Shown piece by piece: positions 25,772 through 36,554 of a stretch of 64,000 nt of DNA. Location of the stretch: assembly GCA_963771175.1 (NCBI GenBank), contig CAVYSY010000031.1:1-64000 (forward strand), read 5' to 3'. Origin of the DNA: an uncultured delta proteobacterium (GTDB lineage: Bacteria; Myxococcota; Myxococcia; Myxococcales; Myxococcaceae). Position 1 is the first letter of the stretch. Each line of letters begins with the position of its first letter. The position numbers were made by a program, and so were the translations under genes. A model generated the notes under the pieces. It ran no database searches and was not told the origin of the DNA. It saw nothing but the letters and a program-made list of their open reading frames with translations.

Positions 25772-27886
25772 ATGCCTGAAGCAGCCAAGACCGAGGCCAG
25801 CCGGAGCGACACCGCTCCGACCGGCGTCTCCACGAACACAGTCGCCAAGAGCGAAGCCGAGTTCCAGCCCTACATCCCCGCGGAGCGGAGCGACGTCGCC
25901 GAGTTCACCCCGAAGGCCATCGGCATCGGCGTGCTCTTCGGCATCATCTTCGGTGCCGCGACGGTGTACCTGGCGCTGAAGGCGGGTCTGACCGTCTCGG
26001 CCTCCATCCCGATCGCGGTGCTGGCCATCTCGCTGCTGAAGAAGCTGGGTGGCTCGACGATCCTCGAGAACAACGTGGTGCAGACCATCGGCTCCGCGGG
26101 CGAGTCCATCGCCGCGGGCGTGGTCTTCACCCTGCCGGGCTTCCTCTTCCTGAGCACCGACAGCAAGGGCTCCAGCTTCTTCGAGTACTGGACCATCTTC
26201 ACGCTGGCGCTGCTGGGTGGCGTGCTGGGCACGCTGATGATGGTGCCGCTGCGCCGCTCGCTCATCGTGAAGGAGCACGGCAACCTGCCCTACCCCGAGG
26301 GCGCGGCGTGCGCCTCGGTGCTGATCGCCGGTGAGAAGGGTGGAGACCTGGCGAAGATCGCCTTCCAGGGCGTGGGCTTCGCGTTCGTGTACGCGCTGCT
26401 GCAGAAGATCGTGAAGCTCATCGCCGAGACGCCGGAGCTGGTGACGAAGCAGACGAACAAGTTCTTCCCGTCCGCCACGCTCAACGGCGACATCACCCCC
26501 GAGTACCTGGGTGTGGGCTACATCGTCGGCCCGAAGATCGCCGGCGTGCTGGTGGCCGGTGGCGTGCTGGCGTGGCTGGGCATCATCCCGCTGCTGGCCT
26601 CGGTGGTGCCGGCGGACAGCATCGCCCAGCAGCTCGTGAAGCTGGGCGACCTGAAGAGCCTCGCCGCCGCGGGCGGCCCGGGCGGCTGGAATCCGGAGAC
26701 GCACACCTTCGCCAACACGGCCATGGCCGTCTACCGCGCCTACGTGCGGCAGGTGGGCGCGGGCGCGGTGGCGGCGGGCGGATTCATCACGCTGCTCAAG
26801 ACGCTGCCCACCATCGTCTCGGCCTTCAAGGAGAGCCTCGCGTCGTTCAAGGAGGGCTCCGGGGCCGCCGCGCAAAAGCGCACCGAGAGGGATCTGCCCA
26901 TCACCGTCGTGCTCTTCGGCAGCGTGGGCCTCGTGCTGGTGATGGCCGCCCTGCCCTTCCTGCCGGGCAACGTTCTCGGCCGCATGCTGCTGGGCGTCCT
27001 CATCGTGGTGTTCGGGTTCTTCTTCGTGACGGTGGCCTCGCGCATCGTGGGCATCATCGGCTCGTCGTCCAATCCCATCTCCGGCATGACGATCGCCACG
27101 CTGATGGCCACCTGCCTCATCTTCATCGGCATCGGCTGGACGGGTGACGTGTACCAGCCCATGGCGCTGTGCGTGGGTGGAATGGTGTGCATCGCCGCGG
27201 CGAACGCGGGCGCCACGTCGCAGGACCTGAAGACGGGCTACCTGGTGGGCGCCACCCCGCGGGCGCAGCAGATCGGCCTGATGATTGGCGCGGTGGCGGC
27301 GGCGGTGGTCATCGGCCTCACCATGAAGCTCCTGGACACGCCGACCGCGGAGCTGCAGGCCCAGGGCGTGCAGCACATGATCGGCTCGGACAAGTTCCCC
27401 GCGCCGCAGGGCACGATGATGGCCACGCTCATCAAGGGCCTGCTGTCCGGCAACCTGGACTGGCAGTTCGTGCTGGTGGGCGTCTTCCTGGCGGTGACGA
27501 TGGAGCTGTGCGGCATCAAGGCGCTGTCCTTCGCGGTGGGCGTCTACCTGCCGCTGTCCACCACGGCCCCCATCTTCGTGGGCGGCGCCATCAAGGGCCT
27601 GTCGGACTACATGGCCTCGCGCAAGGGCGAGCACGTGGAGGAGTCCGAGCTCGGCCCCGGCAACCTCTTCTCCACGGGCCTGGTGGCCGGCGGCGCGCTG
27701 GCGGGCGTCGTGGTCGCCATCCTCTCGGTGAACGAGGGCCTCAACGCCTTCATCGGCAAGCTGTCCGTGGAGCACGCGCTCGTCAACGCGGTGGGCGTGG
27801 GCGGCTTCCACCTCATCGGCGTCATCGCCTTCGCCATCATGGGCTTCGTGCTGTACCGCATCTCGCGCAGGCCCTCGCAGGCGTAG
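25772..27886 (+). CDS. OPT family oligopeptide transporter
   Basis: YLALKAGLTVSASIP, ILENNVVQTIGSAGES, LPYPEG, SQDLKTGYLVGATP, FPAPQG. Confidence 0.93.
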   Translation: MPEAAKTEASRSDTAPTGVSTNTVAKSEAEFQPYIPAERSDVAEFTPKAIGIGVLFGIIFGAATVYLALKAGLTVSASIPIAVLAISLLKKLGGSTILENNVVQTIGSAGESIAAGVVFTLPGFLFLSTDSKGSSFFEYWTIFTLALLGGVLGTLMMVPLRRSLIVKEHGNLPYPEGAACASVLIAGEKGGDLAKIAFQGVGFAFVYALLQKIVKLIAETPELVTKQTNKFFPSATLNGDITPEYLGVGYIVGPKIAGVLVAGGVLAWLGIIPLLASVVPADSIAQQLVKLGDLKSLAAAGGPGGWNPETHTFANTAMAVYRAYVRQVGAGAVAAGGFITLLKTLPTIVSAFKESLASFKEGSGAAAQKRTERDLPITVVLFGSVGLVLVMAALPFLPGNVLGRMLLGVLIVVFGFFFVTVASRIVGIIGSSSNPISGMTIATLMATCLIFIGIGWTGDVYQPMALCVGGMVCIAAANAGATSQDLKTGYLVGATPRAQQIGLMIGAVAAAVVIGLTMKLLDTPTAELQAQGVQHMIGSDKFPAPQGTMMATLIKGLLSGNLDWQFVLVGVFLAVTMELCGIKALSFAVGVYLPLSTTAPIFVGGAIKGLSDYMASRKGEHVEESELGPGNLFSTGLVAGGALAGVVVAILSVNEGLNAFIGKLSVEHALVNAVGVGGFHLIGVIAFAIMGFVLYRISRRPSQA

Positions 27887-27911
27887 CGACTCGCTGACGG
27901 ATGTACCCTGG

Positions 27912-27951
27912 AGCGCCCGGCGTGAGTCCTTCCGCCGGGCGCTTCGTTCTT
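27912..27951 (+). terminator. probable intrinsic terminator after OPT gene
   Basis: 11-bp stem agcgcccggcg/cgccgggcgct followed by tcgttctt. Confidence 0.6.
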
Positions 27952-28028
27952 CCGCCGGCCGGGAATCGCCGAGTCCCCAGCCTGAGGCCTCTGTCCGGCA
28001 TGCGCGCGGCGAGGGAGACTGACGGGCC

Positions 28029-29412
28029 ATGAGCCACTGGTTCCGCGTGGCCGCACTGCTGGCACTGAGCCTCGTTCTCGGTGGCAGCCGGTGCGGAGAG
28101 GGCGAGGGAGTGTCGCTCGAGGAGTTGCGCCAGGACGTGGCGCCGCCCTTCGACTACGCCCTCTATTGCGATGCCCAGGGCAGGTTGACGGGCAAGAACT
28201 CCGACGTGCTGCTGGTGCACCGCTCCGAGCACCTCGAGCGGGTGTACGCGGATGCGCAGCGGGGAGATTCACGCGCCCGGGTGCTCTTCGGCCAGTTGGA
28301 AGCACAGGTAGCGGCGAGCGGCCACGTGGTGGCGGACCAGGCGCTGGGCATCGTCTGTACCGCCCTGCCCAACTGCACGGTGCGCTGGCAGTTCCTCGAT
28401 GAGCTGATTCCCTCCCGGGATGCGGGAGGCATGAGACTGCGGCACGTCTTCGCGACGAGCTTCGAACGGAAGGCCCGGCTCAAGGGCGTGGAGAACGCCG
28501 TCATCACCGCCGCGATGAGCGTGCTGATGGTGGGCTCGGTGGTGGAGACGGCGGAGGTGCGCGCGGCCGGTGCCGAGGCACGGGCAGGAGCCTCGCAAGT
28601 CCGGAAGCTGGTGGGAGGAACGGGGCTGACGGAGGGGCTGTCGCTGGAGGAGGCGGCGGCGCTGGAGGCCCGTCTGGCCGAGGCCGAGGCGCTGGAAATG
28701 GGTGCGCGCCTCCCGGCGAATCTGGAGGCACTCGCCCGCCACCGTCCCTCGGTGCATCAGCCTCCACGGGGAGTGGCCGCCGACAGCGGCAGGTGGGTGG
28801 ACTACGTGACGTACTGGGAGCGGCGCTACGAGGAGCTCGCGGGCACCCGGCAGCGGCCCACCGGCACACCACCGGTGAAGCCGCCACTGGCCTGGGACAG
28901 CTACGACACCTTCCTGGGCCGCTTCCAGCGGGCGCTGGAATTCGAACGGGACGTAGCGCGGGTGCTTCAGCGGGAGGCGGGGCTCGCGCAAGCACAGAGA
29001 CATTGGTTGCGCGGTCTGGAGCGGCCCCTGGTGACGGAACACATGGGGCTGGCGCACGAGGGCCGCGCCTCGCTCACCTACGTGGATCAGTTCGTCGTGG
29101 ACGAGGCCTCCCTGCGCCCTGGCCGGACTCCCGTCGTCCACTCCTTCAGCAACAAGCAGCGCGACTTCAAGTCCCTGAGCAAGAAGGAAATCCGCAACCA
29201 ACTCGATGCCGACGCGCAGGAAGCATTGACGAAGTATGGAGGCACGGTGGAGGTACGCAGGCCCGGCCATCCCCTCTTCGGACGCAAGGTGCACCGTCTC
29301 CCGCGTCCACCTCGTCTACGACGAGCAGGGAATACCGCCAGGCGTCAAGAATGAACTCATCAAACGAGCAGAGAACCTCGACATCGAGATTCACTTCCAT
29401 GCACAGAGATGA
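28029..29412 (+). CDS. putative exported toxin with C-terminal REase-fold-like domain (frameshift near 29292)
   Basis: Hydrophobic N-terminal signal with Cys22; YVDQFVVDE...VHSFSNKQRD; corrected C-terminus VSRVHLVYDE...IEIHFHAQR* overlaps the next start. Confidence 0.55.
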
Positions 29413-30745
29413 GTGGAACAAGGAGGATTTCTTCATCCTGGAACTCGACTCTCCCGTCAACCCATTGGACCGGGGCCATGAGGGGCTGGATGAGGTGCTG
29501 GACTTCGTCGAGTCCCTGGATGGGTGGCTGCGACCAGACCAGCGTGGACCTCTCGCGCAAGCGGAAGTACTCGCGCCAGCTCGTGCACGAAAGGCTTCAT
29601 GAATGCAGATATGGTCGAGCACGAGCATCTATCTTCGCTCGCTCCCGGCCGCCAAACGAGGACCTGTGGTTCAGCTTTCTCGACCAAGGCACCGAGGACA
29701 CCCGCTTCACCCTCAAGTTGACGCTCAACCCCTTCGCCATCGTCCAGAAGAAGGGCCAGCCGAGGAGTACGCCCACCGCTTCATCTCCCTGGTGCGCGCC
29801 TTCGCCCAACGATTCCCCCTCACCTAGGGAATGGCCCATGGCTTCATCGACTTACTACGTGGGGAGAGACGAGCACCGGATGCGACTCACGACGAGCCCA
29901 AGCCGCTTGTGGAGCAGGCGTACTGGCTCAACGTGTACGGCCCTCGCCTGGTGGAGCAGCTCGGCCGCCAGCGCGTGCTGACCGTGCCCTGTGCCCACCT
30001 GGAGGAGCTCCCCGGCGGCGCCGTGCTGTGGCTCACCCGCCCCACCCCCGCCGACTTCGACTCCGAGGAGGCCCGGCTTGCCCAGGCCCGCGCCCTCGTC
30101 CACCTGCGCCCCGAGCTGAACCTGGAGGAGACACTCGCCACCCTGCGCCAGCGTTCGCTCATCTTCACGCCCCTGCCCCTCCAGTTCGACGAGGACGTGG
30201 CCGACATCCTCCGCTGGGAGGTGGAGGCCCGGGGACTCGAGCGCCGACGCCAACTGGTGGAGCGCTTCAACGCCTACCATCCTCCTCCCGTCTCCGAGTG
30301 GCGGCCCGCCTCCCAGACTCCAGCCCCCGACGTCGAAGACGTGCAACAGGCCATCGACACCTACGAGGGCCTCTACGCCGAGCAACTCATCGCCCTGCTC
30401 CACAAGGACGTGCCCTCGCTGATGGACGGCTCGCAGGAGGCGCTGCCGCGCGTGGACTACCACCTGTGGCATGAGGGCTGGGGACGCCGGCTGCCAGAGG
30501 CGGAGAAGCAACTGCTCATCCCCGCCCTGGGCGCCTGGCTGGGCATGCACCTGGTGCATTCGCTGGGCGGCCGCTGGGTGCCTCGCCGCGAACTGGACGA
30601 GACCACCGTGGTGGTGGGCGACAGGGCCTGGCTCCCCTTCCTCCGCGCCCGCCACGCCCTCCAGGGCCCCGAAGCGCCACTCGACTTCTCCTGCTCCCAG
30701 CTCTTCCGCCTCGCCCGGCGCCTTGCTCGCCCCCACAGGTCTTGA
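29399..30745 (+). CDS. putative cognate immunity protein (several frameshifts between 29540 and 29870)
   Basis: ATG overlaps upstream stop by 14 nt (MHRDEWNKEDFFILEL); YWLNVYGPRLVEQLGRQRVL...LEELPGGAVLWLTRPTPADF resembles proteins found behind myxobacterial nuclease toxins. Confidence 0.5.
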
Positions 30746-30782
30746 GCTCGGCTGTACGAGAAGCCCTCCTCCGCTCTCCTCA

Positions 30783-30840
30783 CTTCTGGACGTCCAGAAG
30801 CATCGCACACAAACCCACATCACTTCTGGATGTCCAGAAG
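30783..30840. repeat. twin 18-bp palindrome element, copy 1
   Basis: cttctggacgtccagaag (perfect palindrome, 30783-30800) + 22-nt spacer + cttctggatgtccagaag (30823-30840). Confidence 0.85.
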
Positions 30841-31030
30841 CAGCGTGCACTTCCCACCAGCCACCGGCACTCCCAGGAAGCGCAATGAAGGCTGGCGAAC
30901 GCTCTCCTGCCCCCCCAGCATGCCGTGGGAACGCTCCCGCCCTATTACTCGTCAGGCGCATCACGAACCCACGTCAGGCGTCTCAAATAGTGGAGCGGGG
31001 CCCGATTTCCGGGCCACGGGGAGGAGCCGG

Positions 31031-31453
31031 ATGAGCACAGCCCTGGCGAAGCGAGCTTCGGTACGAGCCGAGGAGACCCGTGTGCTCGATGCACGGGAGC
31101 AGCGCAACAAGGTGCGTCAGGAGCTCGCGCGACACATGCCGGGCCGCTCCCTGGTCGAGCTCTCCCTGGACGTGCCTCGGAGCTCCGCGGCGAACGAGGA
31201 CACCGAGCGGCTCTTCCTCAACGGGCTGCAGCACCTGGAGCAGGAGCTGGGGGTGGCGCCGGCCGAGCTGGGCGAGGACGCGGCCGGGTTCTACGGCCTC
31301 TTCGTCACGCAGCTGCCCGCCCTGCTGGCGCGGCGCAGGGCCAGCCGCATCGAGGGGCAGTCCTCGTGGGACTCCCACCTGGGCATCGAGTGCTACGGCC
31401 TCGCCGGGAGCCTCGGCACCACGAGCAAGGTCCCCCGCGACGTGGTGGGCTAA
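31031..31453 (+). CDS. CitX-like (holo-ACP synthase fold) protein, degenerate/short
   Basis: VLDAREQR...SLVELSLDVP...RLFLNGLQHL...AGFYGLF...RIE follows the CitX N-terminal pattern; GAGGAG RBS. Confidence 0.55.
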   Translation: MSTALAKRASVRAEETRVLDAREQRNKVRQELARHMPGRSLVELSLDVPRSSAANEDTERLFLNGLQHLEQELGVAPAELGEDAAGFYGLFVTQLPALLARRRASRIEGQSSWDSHLGIECYGLAGSLGTTSKVPRDVVG

Positions 31454-32617
31454 ACGGCCAGCACGCGCGCGAGCGGCTCCAGCGCGGCGGCGAAGACGTC
31501 CGGCGGCGGCAGCAGTGACAGCACCAGGAAGGCCCCGCCGCTGAAGTCGTAGAAGTAGCCCGGCTGCACCACCACCCCCTCCTCCAGCAGGGACAGGCAG
31601 GTGGCCTCCTCGCCGGGGTCCAGCGGAATGCGCAGCACGGTGCTCCACCCGCCCTGGGCCGGCACCACGTCCCAGCGGGCCTCCTTCGGGCGGGCCTGGA
31701 GCAGTCGGCGCCGGTTCTCCTTCACCCGCTCCAGCAGGGCCTCCTGGAAGCGCGGCGCATGGGCCAGCAGCGCCGGCAGGGCGAGCTGCACGGGCGTGTT
31801 CACCGACAGGTACGTGTCCGCCACCAGCTCCAGCCGGGCCAGGGCCTCGTCTCGCACCGCCGTCGGGCCCGCCCACGTGCATCCACCCCAGCTTGAGGCC
31901 GGGCAGCCCCGCCACCTTCGACAGGCCCGACAAGGAGAAGGTGAGCATGGGCAGCGCACGCCCGGCCACCGTGGCCACCCGGCCCGGCTCCTCGCCCCAG
32001 GCGAAGTCCGAGAACACCTCGTCCGAGATGAGCGCCATCCCCGTCTCCGCGCACAGCTCGCCGAGCGCCTCCAGCTCACCCTCCTGGAGGTAGTGGCCGG
32101 TGGGGTTGCCGGGGTTCACCACGAGCACGGCGCGAGTGCGCGCGTCCCGCGCGGCGGCCACCGCCCCCACGTCCAGGCCGAAGCCGTGGGCGCGAGGCAG
32201 GTGCCAGGTGCGCGTCTCCACGCCTTCCAGGCGCGTGAGGTACTCGAAGAGGGGATAGCTGGGCGCGGGGACGAGGACGTTGTCCCCGGGCTCGCACAGC
32301 AGCTTGAAGAGCCAGCCGTAGGACTCGCTGGTGCTCGCCGAGAGGACGAGGTGCTCGGGCGAGACGCGGGCGCCTCGTGAGGCGAGGTGCGCGGCCACGG
32401 CCTCGCGGGCCGGGAGGAGTCCCTGGGGCTCGGGCGCGTAGCCCAGGGCCGCGGGGTCCGCCAGCAGCGCCGGCTCGGGCGCGGGCAGTCCCACGCGCGT
32501 GGGGTTGGTCTCGGTGAGGTCCAGCAGGGGGAGCCCTCGGGCGCGGCGCTCGGCGAGCGCCCGGGCCAGGGGGTTCCAGCTCCGGGGGAAGTCCGTGCGA
32601 GCGGAGAAGCGGCTCAC
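31450..32617 (-). CDS. PLP-dependent aminotransferase class I/II (frameshift near 31862)
   Basis: VNPGNPTG, ISDEVF, SGLSKVAGLPGLKLGW; C-terminus VVVQPGYFYDF. Confidence 0.88.
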
Positions 32618-32892
32618 AGTCCTGTCTGGAGCATGGCGGAGGCGACGCGGCGGATCAGCTCGCGGCGCACCTCCTTGCGGCAGTGCTCGACGGCCTTCGG
32701 ATGGGGCTCGGGCATCTCGTCATTCCGCGAGCGCAGCGCCGTGCGGACCACGAGGTCGACCTTGGTCGGCTCGATGTGGAAGAGCCGGTGGCCCTCCTTC
32801 TGAAGGAAGTATGAGAGACCGCGCGCATCCAGGAGCTTGTGGAGGTACCGCCTGGCGTCGGCGAGGAGCGAGAGGTCGATGATGTCGGCCAT
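32614..32892 (-). CDS. small hypothetical protein, coupled to the aminotransferase gene
   Basis: MADIIDLSLL... 92 aa; GTGA overlap with next gene; good codon usage. Confidence 0.7.
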   Translation of the reverse strand: MADIIDLSLLADARRYLHKLLDARGLSYFLQKEGHRLFHIEPTKVDLVVRTALRSRNDEMPEPHPKAVEHCRKEVRRELIRRVASAMLQTGL

Positions 32893-32995
32893 TCGTTGGG
32901 CGTTCTCGCTCGGATCGAAACATGCGTCCATTTCACGACCGAGTGACACGAAAACTTGCACTCACTTTCGCGATGGGATCGCGCCGGAGGCCGAT

Positions 32996-33731
32996 TTATC
33001 GGCCTCGCGCGCGTTTGGGACTCTCGGGAGCGAGCCAGCCGGCAACCAGCGGAGCGAGTGCCCCGCGGAACGCGGCGTGACGTCTGCGAGGATCCTCCAA
33101 GTAGGGCACGGGGCCAAGAACCTGGACGCCGTGGCGCTCGGCGATGAGGGTGGCGTTGTCGCGCTCGGAGGGCTCTCGCGAGGGAGTGCCGCGCGAGAGG
33201 AGGACGGCCGCGACAGGGATGTTGCGCGCGGCGAGCGCCTCCAGGGACAGGGCGGTGTGGTTGAGCGTGCCCAGGCCCGCGCGGGCGACGAGCAGCACGG
33301 GGAGGCGGAGGGTGGAGATGAGGTCGATGACGTCGTGGGAGGAGTCGAGCGGGACGAAGAGGCCCCCGGCGCCCTCGACGACGACGGGCCCATGCCTCAA
33401 CCGCTCCCAGGCGGCGAGCGTGGTGCGCCAATCGGGCTCACGGCCGAGGCGGCGCGCGGCGATGCCGGGGGCGAGGGGCGCCCGGAAGCGGTGGGGACAG
33501 ACGAGCGTCCAGGGGCAGCTCGCTCCCGGCGGCCTCGCGCAGGGAGAGCGCATCCGCGGGGGCGGAGAGCGACGCGCACCCGCTCTCGTAGGGCTTGAAG
33601 CCCTGGGGCCGCAGCCCGGCGTCGGCGAGCAGGGACAGCAGGGCCCGGGAGACCTGGGTCTTCCCCACGCCGGTATCCGTCCCCGTGACGAACACCTGGG
33701 CCCTCGGGTGTCGAGTACCTCGGGTTGCCAA
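32996..33731 (-). CDS. bioD: dethiobiotin synthase (frameshift near 33510-33530)
   Basis: VFVTGTDTGVGKT, KPYESG, VVEGAGGL, LGTLNHT. Confidence 0.9.
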
Positions 33732-33734
33732 GAG

Positions 33735-34916
33735 CTACCTCCCGATGTTGAGCCGGCGCAGCCCCTCCAGCGCGAGGTCCACATGGCCCTCGGTGTGCGC
33801 GGCGGAGAGACAGAAGCGGAGCCGGCTGGTGCCCTCGGGCACGGTGGGGGGCCGGATGGCCTTCACGAGCAGCCCCCGGGAGCGCAGCGCGCGCGAGGCC
33901 TCGATGGCGCGCTCGGGCTCCCCGAGAATCACCGGGAAGATGGCGCCGCGGGGCTCGGCGGCAATGCCCAGCGCGCGCAGGCCCGCGGAGAACCGGCGGA
34001 TGTTGCGCCACAGCCGGGCGCGCAGGTCCTCATCGCGCTCGACGATGTCCACGGCGGCCTCGGCGGCGGCACACAGGGCGGCGGGGAGCGCCGTCGAGAA
34101 GACGAGGGGCCGCGCCCGGTTGAGGACGAGCTCCACCACGGGGCGGGAGGCACAGATGTAGGCCCCCATCCCGCCGAGGGACTTGCTCAAGGTGCCCATG
34201 CGCACGTCCACGGCCTCCTCGAGCCCCAGCTCCTCGCATAGCCCGGCGCCCCGGGGTCCGAGGACTCCCGTGGCATGGGCCTCGTCGACGAGCAGCGCGG
34301 CGCGGTGGGCGCGGCAGACCTCGACAATCTCCCGCAGGGGAGCGCAGTCCCCATCCATCGAGAACACCGTGTCGGTGACGACGAGGCGGCGGCGTGCGGG
34401 CGTGGAGGCGAGGGCCCGCTCGAGGCCCTCCACATCCGCGTGCGGGTAGACGACGGTACGGGCGCGCGAGAGGCGGCAGCCGTCGATGAGGGAGGCGTGG
34501 TTGAGGGCGTCGGAGAAGACGGCGTCCTCGGGGCCCACGAGGGCCTGGAGGGTGCCGACGTTGGCGGCATAGCCCGAGTTGAACAGGAGGGCGGCCTCGG
34601 AGCGCTCGAAGGCGGCGAGCCGGGCCTCCAGCCGCTGGTGGGCCAGGGTGTCGCCCACGACGAGCCGGCTGGCCCCGGAGCCCACGCCATGGGTCTCCAG
34701 GGCCGCGGCGGCGGCGGCGCGCACGGTGGGCGAGGCGGCCAGGCCCAGGTAGTCGTTGGAGGCGAAGTTGACGAGCGTCTCGCCCCCCACGCGGACGAGG
34801 GGTCCCTGAGGGGAGTCGAGCGGCTCGAGGAAGCGCCTCAGCCCCCGAGCGGCCAGGGAGTCCAGCTCCTCCCGGGCCCACGCCGTGGCCGGAGGATGTC
34901 GCGAGTCCCCGTCCAT
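33735..34916 (-). CDS. bioF: 8-amino-7-oxononanoate synthase
   Basis: [52 protein letters not shown]. Confidence 0.95.
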   Translation of the reverse strand: MDGDSRHPPATAWAREELDSLAARGLRRFLEPLDSPQGPLVRVGGETLVNFASNDYLGLAASPTVRAAAAAALETHGVGSGASRLVVGDTLAHQRLEARLAAFERSEAALLFNSGYAANVGTLQALVGPEDAVFSDALNHASLIDGCRLSRARTVVYPHADVEGLERALASTPARRRLVVTDTVFSMDGDCAPLREIVEVCRAHRAALLVDEAHATGVLGPRGAGLCEELGLEEAVDVRMGTLSKSLGGMGAYICASRPVVELVLNRARPLVFSTALPAALCAAAEAAVDIVERDEDLRARLWRNIRRFSAGLRALGIAAEPRGAIFPVILGEPERAIEASRALRSRGLLVKAIRPPTVPEGTSRLRFCLSAAHTEGHVDLALEGLRRLNIGR

Positions 34917-35950
34917 TACCGGGAGGTGTCCGGCTCCAGCGGGCGAATCCCCGCCTTCTCGAGCAGGGCCATGTCCTGGGTGTACTCGGGGTTGCCGGTG
35001 GTGAGCAGCTTCTCGCCGAAGAAGAGCGAGTTGGCACCCGCCAGCATGCACAGCAGCTGGGCCTCCTCGTTCATCTGCATGCGGCCGGCGGACAGGCGCA
35101 CCATGGCCATGGGCATGAGGATGCGGGCGACGGCGATGGTGCGGACCATCTCCACCGTCTGCACGGGCTTCTGCTCCTGCAGCGGCGTGCCCTTCACGGC
35201 GACGAGCGCGTTGATGGGCACCGACTCGGGATGGACCTCCTGGTTGGCGAGCGTGAGCAACAGCTTGCAGCGGTCGTCCACGGACTCGCCCAGGCCGATG
35301 ATGCCGCCGGAGCACACGGAGATGCCGGCCTTCCGGACGCGCTCGAGGGTGTCGAGCCGGTCCTGGTAGGTGCGGGTGGAGATGATGTCGCCGTACTTCT
35401 CCTCGGAGGTGTCGAGGTTGTGGTTGTAGGCGGAGAGGCCGGCCTCGCGCAGGCGCTTCGCCTGGCTCTCGGTGAGCATGCCGAGCGTGGCGCAGGCCTC
35501 CATGCCGAGCGACTTCACGCCGCGGACCATCTCCAGGACGCTGTCGAACTGGGGCCCGTCCTTCACCTCACGCCAGGCGGCGCCCATGCAGAAGCGGGTG
35601 GCGCCGGCGGCGCGGGCCTTGGAGGCGGCGTCGAGCACGGACGACACGGGCATGAGCTTCTGGGCCTCCAGGCCGGTGTCCTTGTGGTAGCGCGCCGCCT
35701 GGGGGCAGTAGCCGCAGTCCTCGGGGCAGCCGCCCGTCTTGATGGACAGCAGCGAGCAGAGCTGCACCTTGTTGTCCTCGAAGACAGCCCGGTGCACGGT
35801 CCGCGCCTTGTGCACGAGCTCCAGCAGGGGCAACTCGTAGAGGGCACGGACCTCGGGCAACGTCCAGTCATGACGGACGACGACACCAGGAGGCGGCGCG
35901 TTGAAGTGGGCGTGACCGTTGAAGGAGTCGCGGGCGGCGGAGTCGGACAT
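34916..35950 (-). CDS. bioB: biotin synthase (radical SAM)
   Basis: [41 protein letters not shown]. Confidence 0.96.
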   Translation of the reverse strand: MSDSAARDSFNGHAHFNAPPPGVVVRHDWTLPEVRALYELPLLELVHKARTVHRAVFEDNKVQLCSLLSIKTGGCPEDCGYCPQAARYHKDTGLEAQKLMPVSSVLDAASKARAAGATRFCMGAAWREVKDGPQFDSVLEMVRGVKSLGMEACATLGMLTESQAKRLREAGLSAYNHNLDTSEEKYGDIISTRTYQDRLDTLERVRKAGISVCSGGIIGLGESVDDRCKLLLTLANQEVHPESVPINALVAVKGTPLQEQKPVQTVEMVRTIAVARILMPMAMVRLSAGRMQMNEEAQLLCMLAGANSLFFGEKLLTTGNPEYTQDMALLEKAGIRPLEPDTSR

Positions 35951-36002
35951 GGGCTCCTCGGGGACAACCGTGGAGCGCGCACGGTGCGTGGGCGGCCAGC
36001 CC

Positions 36003-36034
36003 TTGTCAACCACGCAGCGCGGCCGGGTTGACGA
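36003..36034. promoter_or_regulatory. BirA-type biotin operator upstream of bioB
   Basis: TTGTCAACC-N14-GGTTGACGA inverted repeat matching the BirA box architecture, 53 bp upstream of the bioB start. Confidence 0.8.
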
Positions 36035-36076
36035 CCCCGGCTGCCCCCGCGCCTCCCCTCCCCCGGGTCCCGGACA

Positions 36077-36346
36077 TCAGGCGTGGATGCGGCGGCCTCG
36101 GCCCGCCCACCCCACCAGCATGAGTACGACGATGGCGCCTACGATGGACATGATGATGCCCGAGGGATTCAGGTCGAGAATTCGCCGGCTGGGCGAGAAG
36201 AGCGCGCCGATGAAGCCGCCCACGAACGAGCCCACGATGCCCAGCAGCAGCGTCGCCACGAGGCCCATGGACTGACGACCCGGGAGAATCGCACGCGCGA
36301 GTAGACCCGCGACCAGACCCACCACGATGAACCAGATGATGCTCAT
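36077..36346 (-). CDS. GlsB/YeaQ/YmgE family membrane protein
   Basis: IIWFIVVGLVAGLLARAILPG...LGIVGSFVGG...SIVGAIVVL. Confidence 0.9.
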   Translation of the reverse strand: MSIIWFIVVGLVAGLLARAILPGRQSMGLVATLLLGIVGSFVGGFIGALFSPSRRILDLNPSGIIMSIVGAIVVLMLVGWAGRGRRIHA

Positions 36347-36554
36347 CTCAGGCTCCCTTCCCGTTGGGCGCCGCGATGTGCGGCCCCGTCGGGAGCAAAC
36401 GTGGGGAGCCCTCCCGTTGTGCACAACTTGACAGGAGACCGGGATGGGCCCCCCGTCTGTCCGCTCGCTCCCCTTCCGGGCCTCGCACGGGGGTTGGGGG
36501 AACGTGCGGGAAAGCGGGGAAACGTCAGCGGCGTGCGATAGAGAAGGGCCCTCT

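Noticed and set aside
24025..25848. Apparent 600-aa N-terminal extension of the MCP ORF
   Set aside because: It is the antisense shadow of the FAD monooxygenase; the MCP plausibly starts at 24024.
30783..30840. CRISPR array interpretation of the palindromic repeats (also 46465-46522)
   Set aside because: Only two 18-bp units per locus, spacers are short (22 nt) and similar between loci, and there are no cas genes in the window.
32996..35950. bio operon lacking bioA, bioC and bioH
   Set aside because: These genes are often encoded elsewhere; absence cannot be judged from one window.
36444..36500. Weak similarity to the 1200-1245 intergenic region (both translate to FRASHG)
   Set aside because: The nucleotide match is short and imperfect in GC-rich DNA, so it is likely chance.
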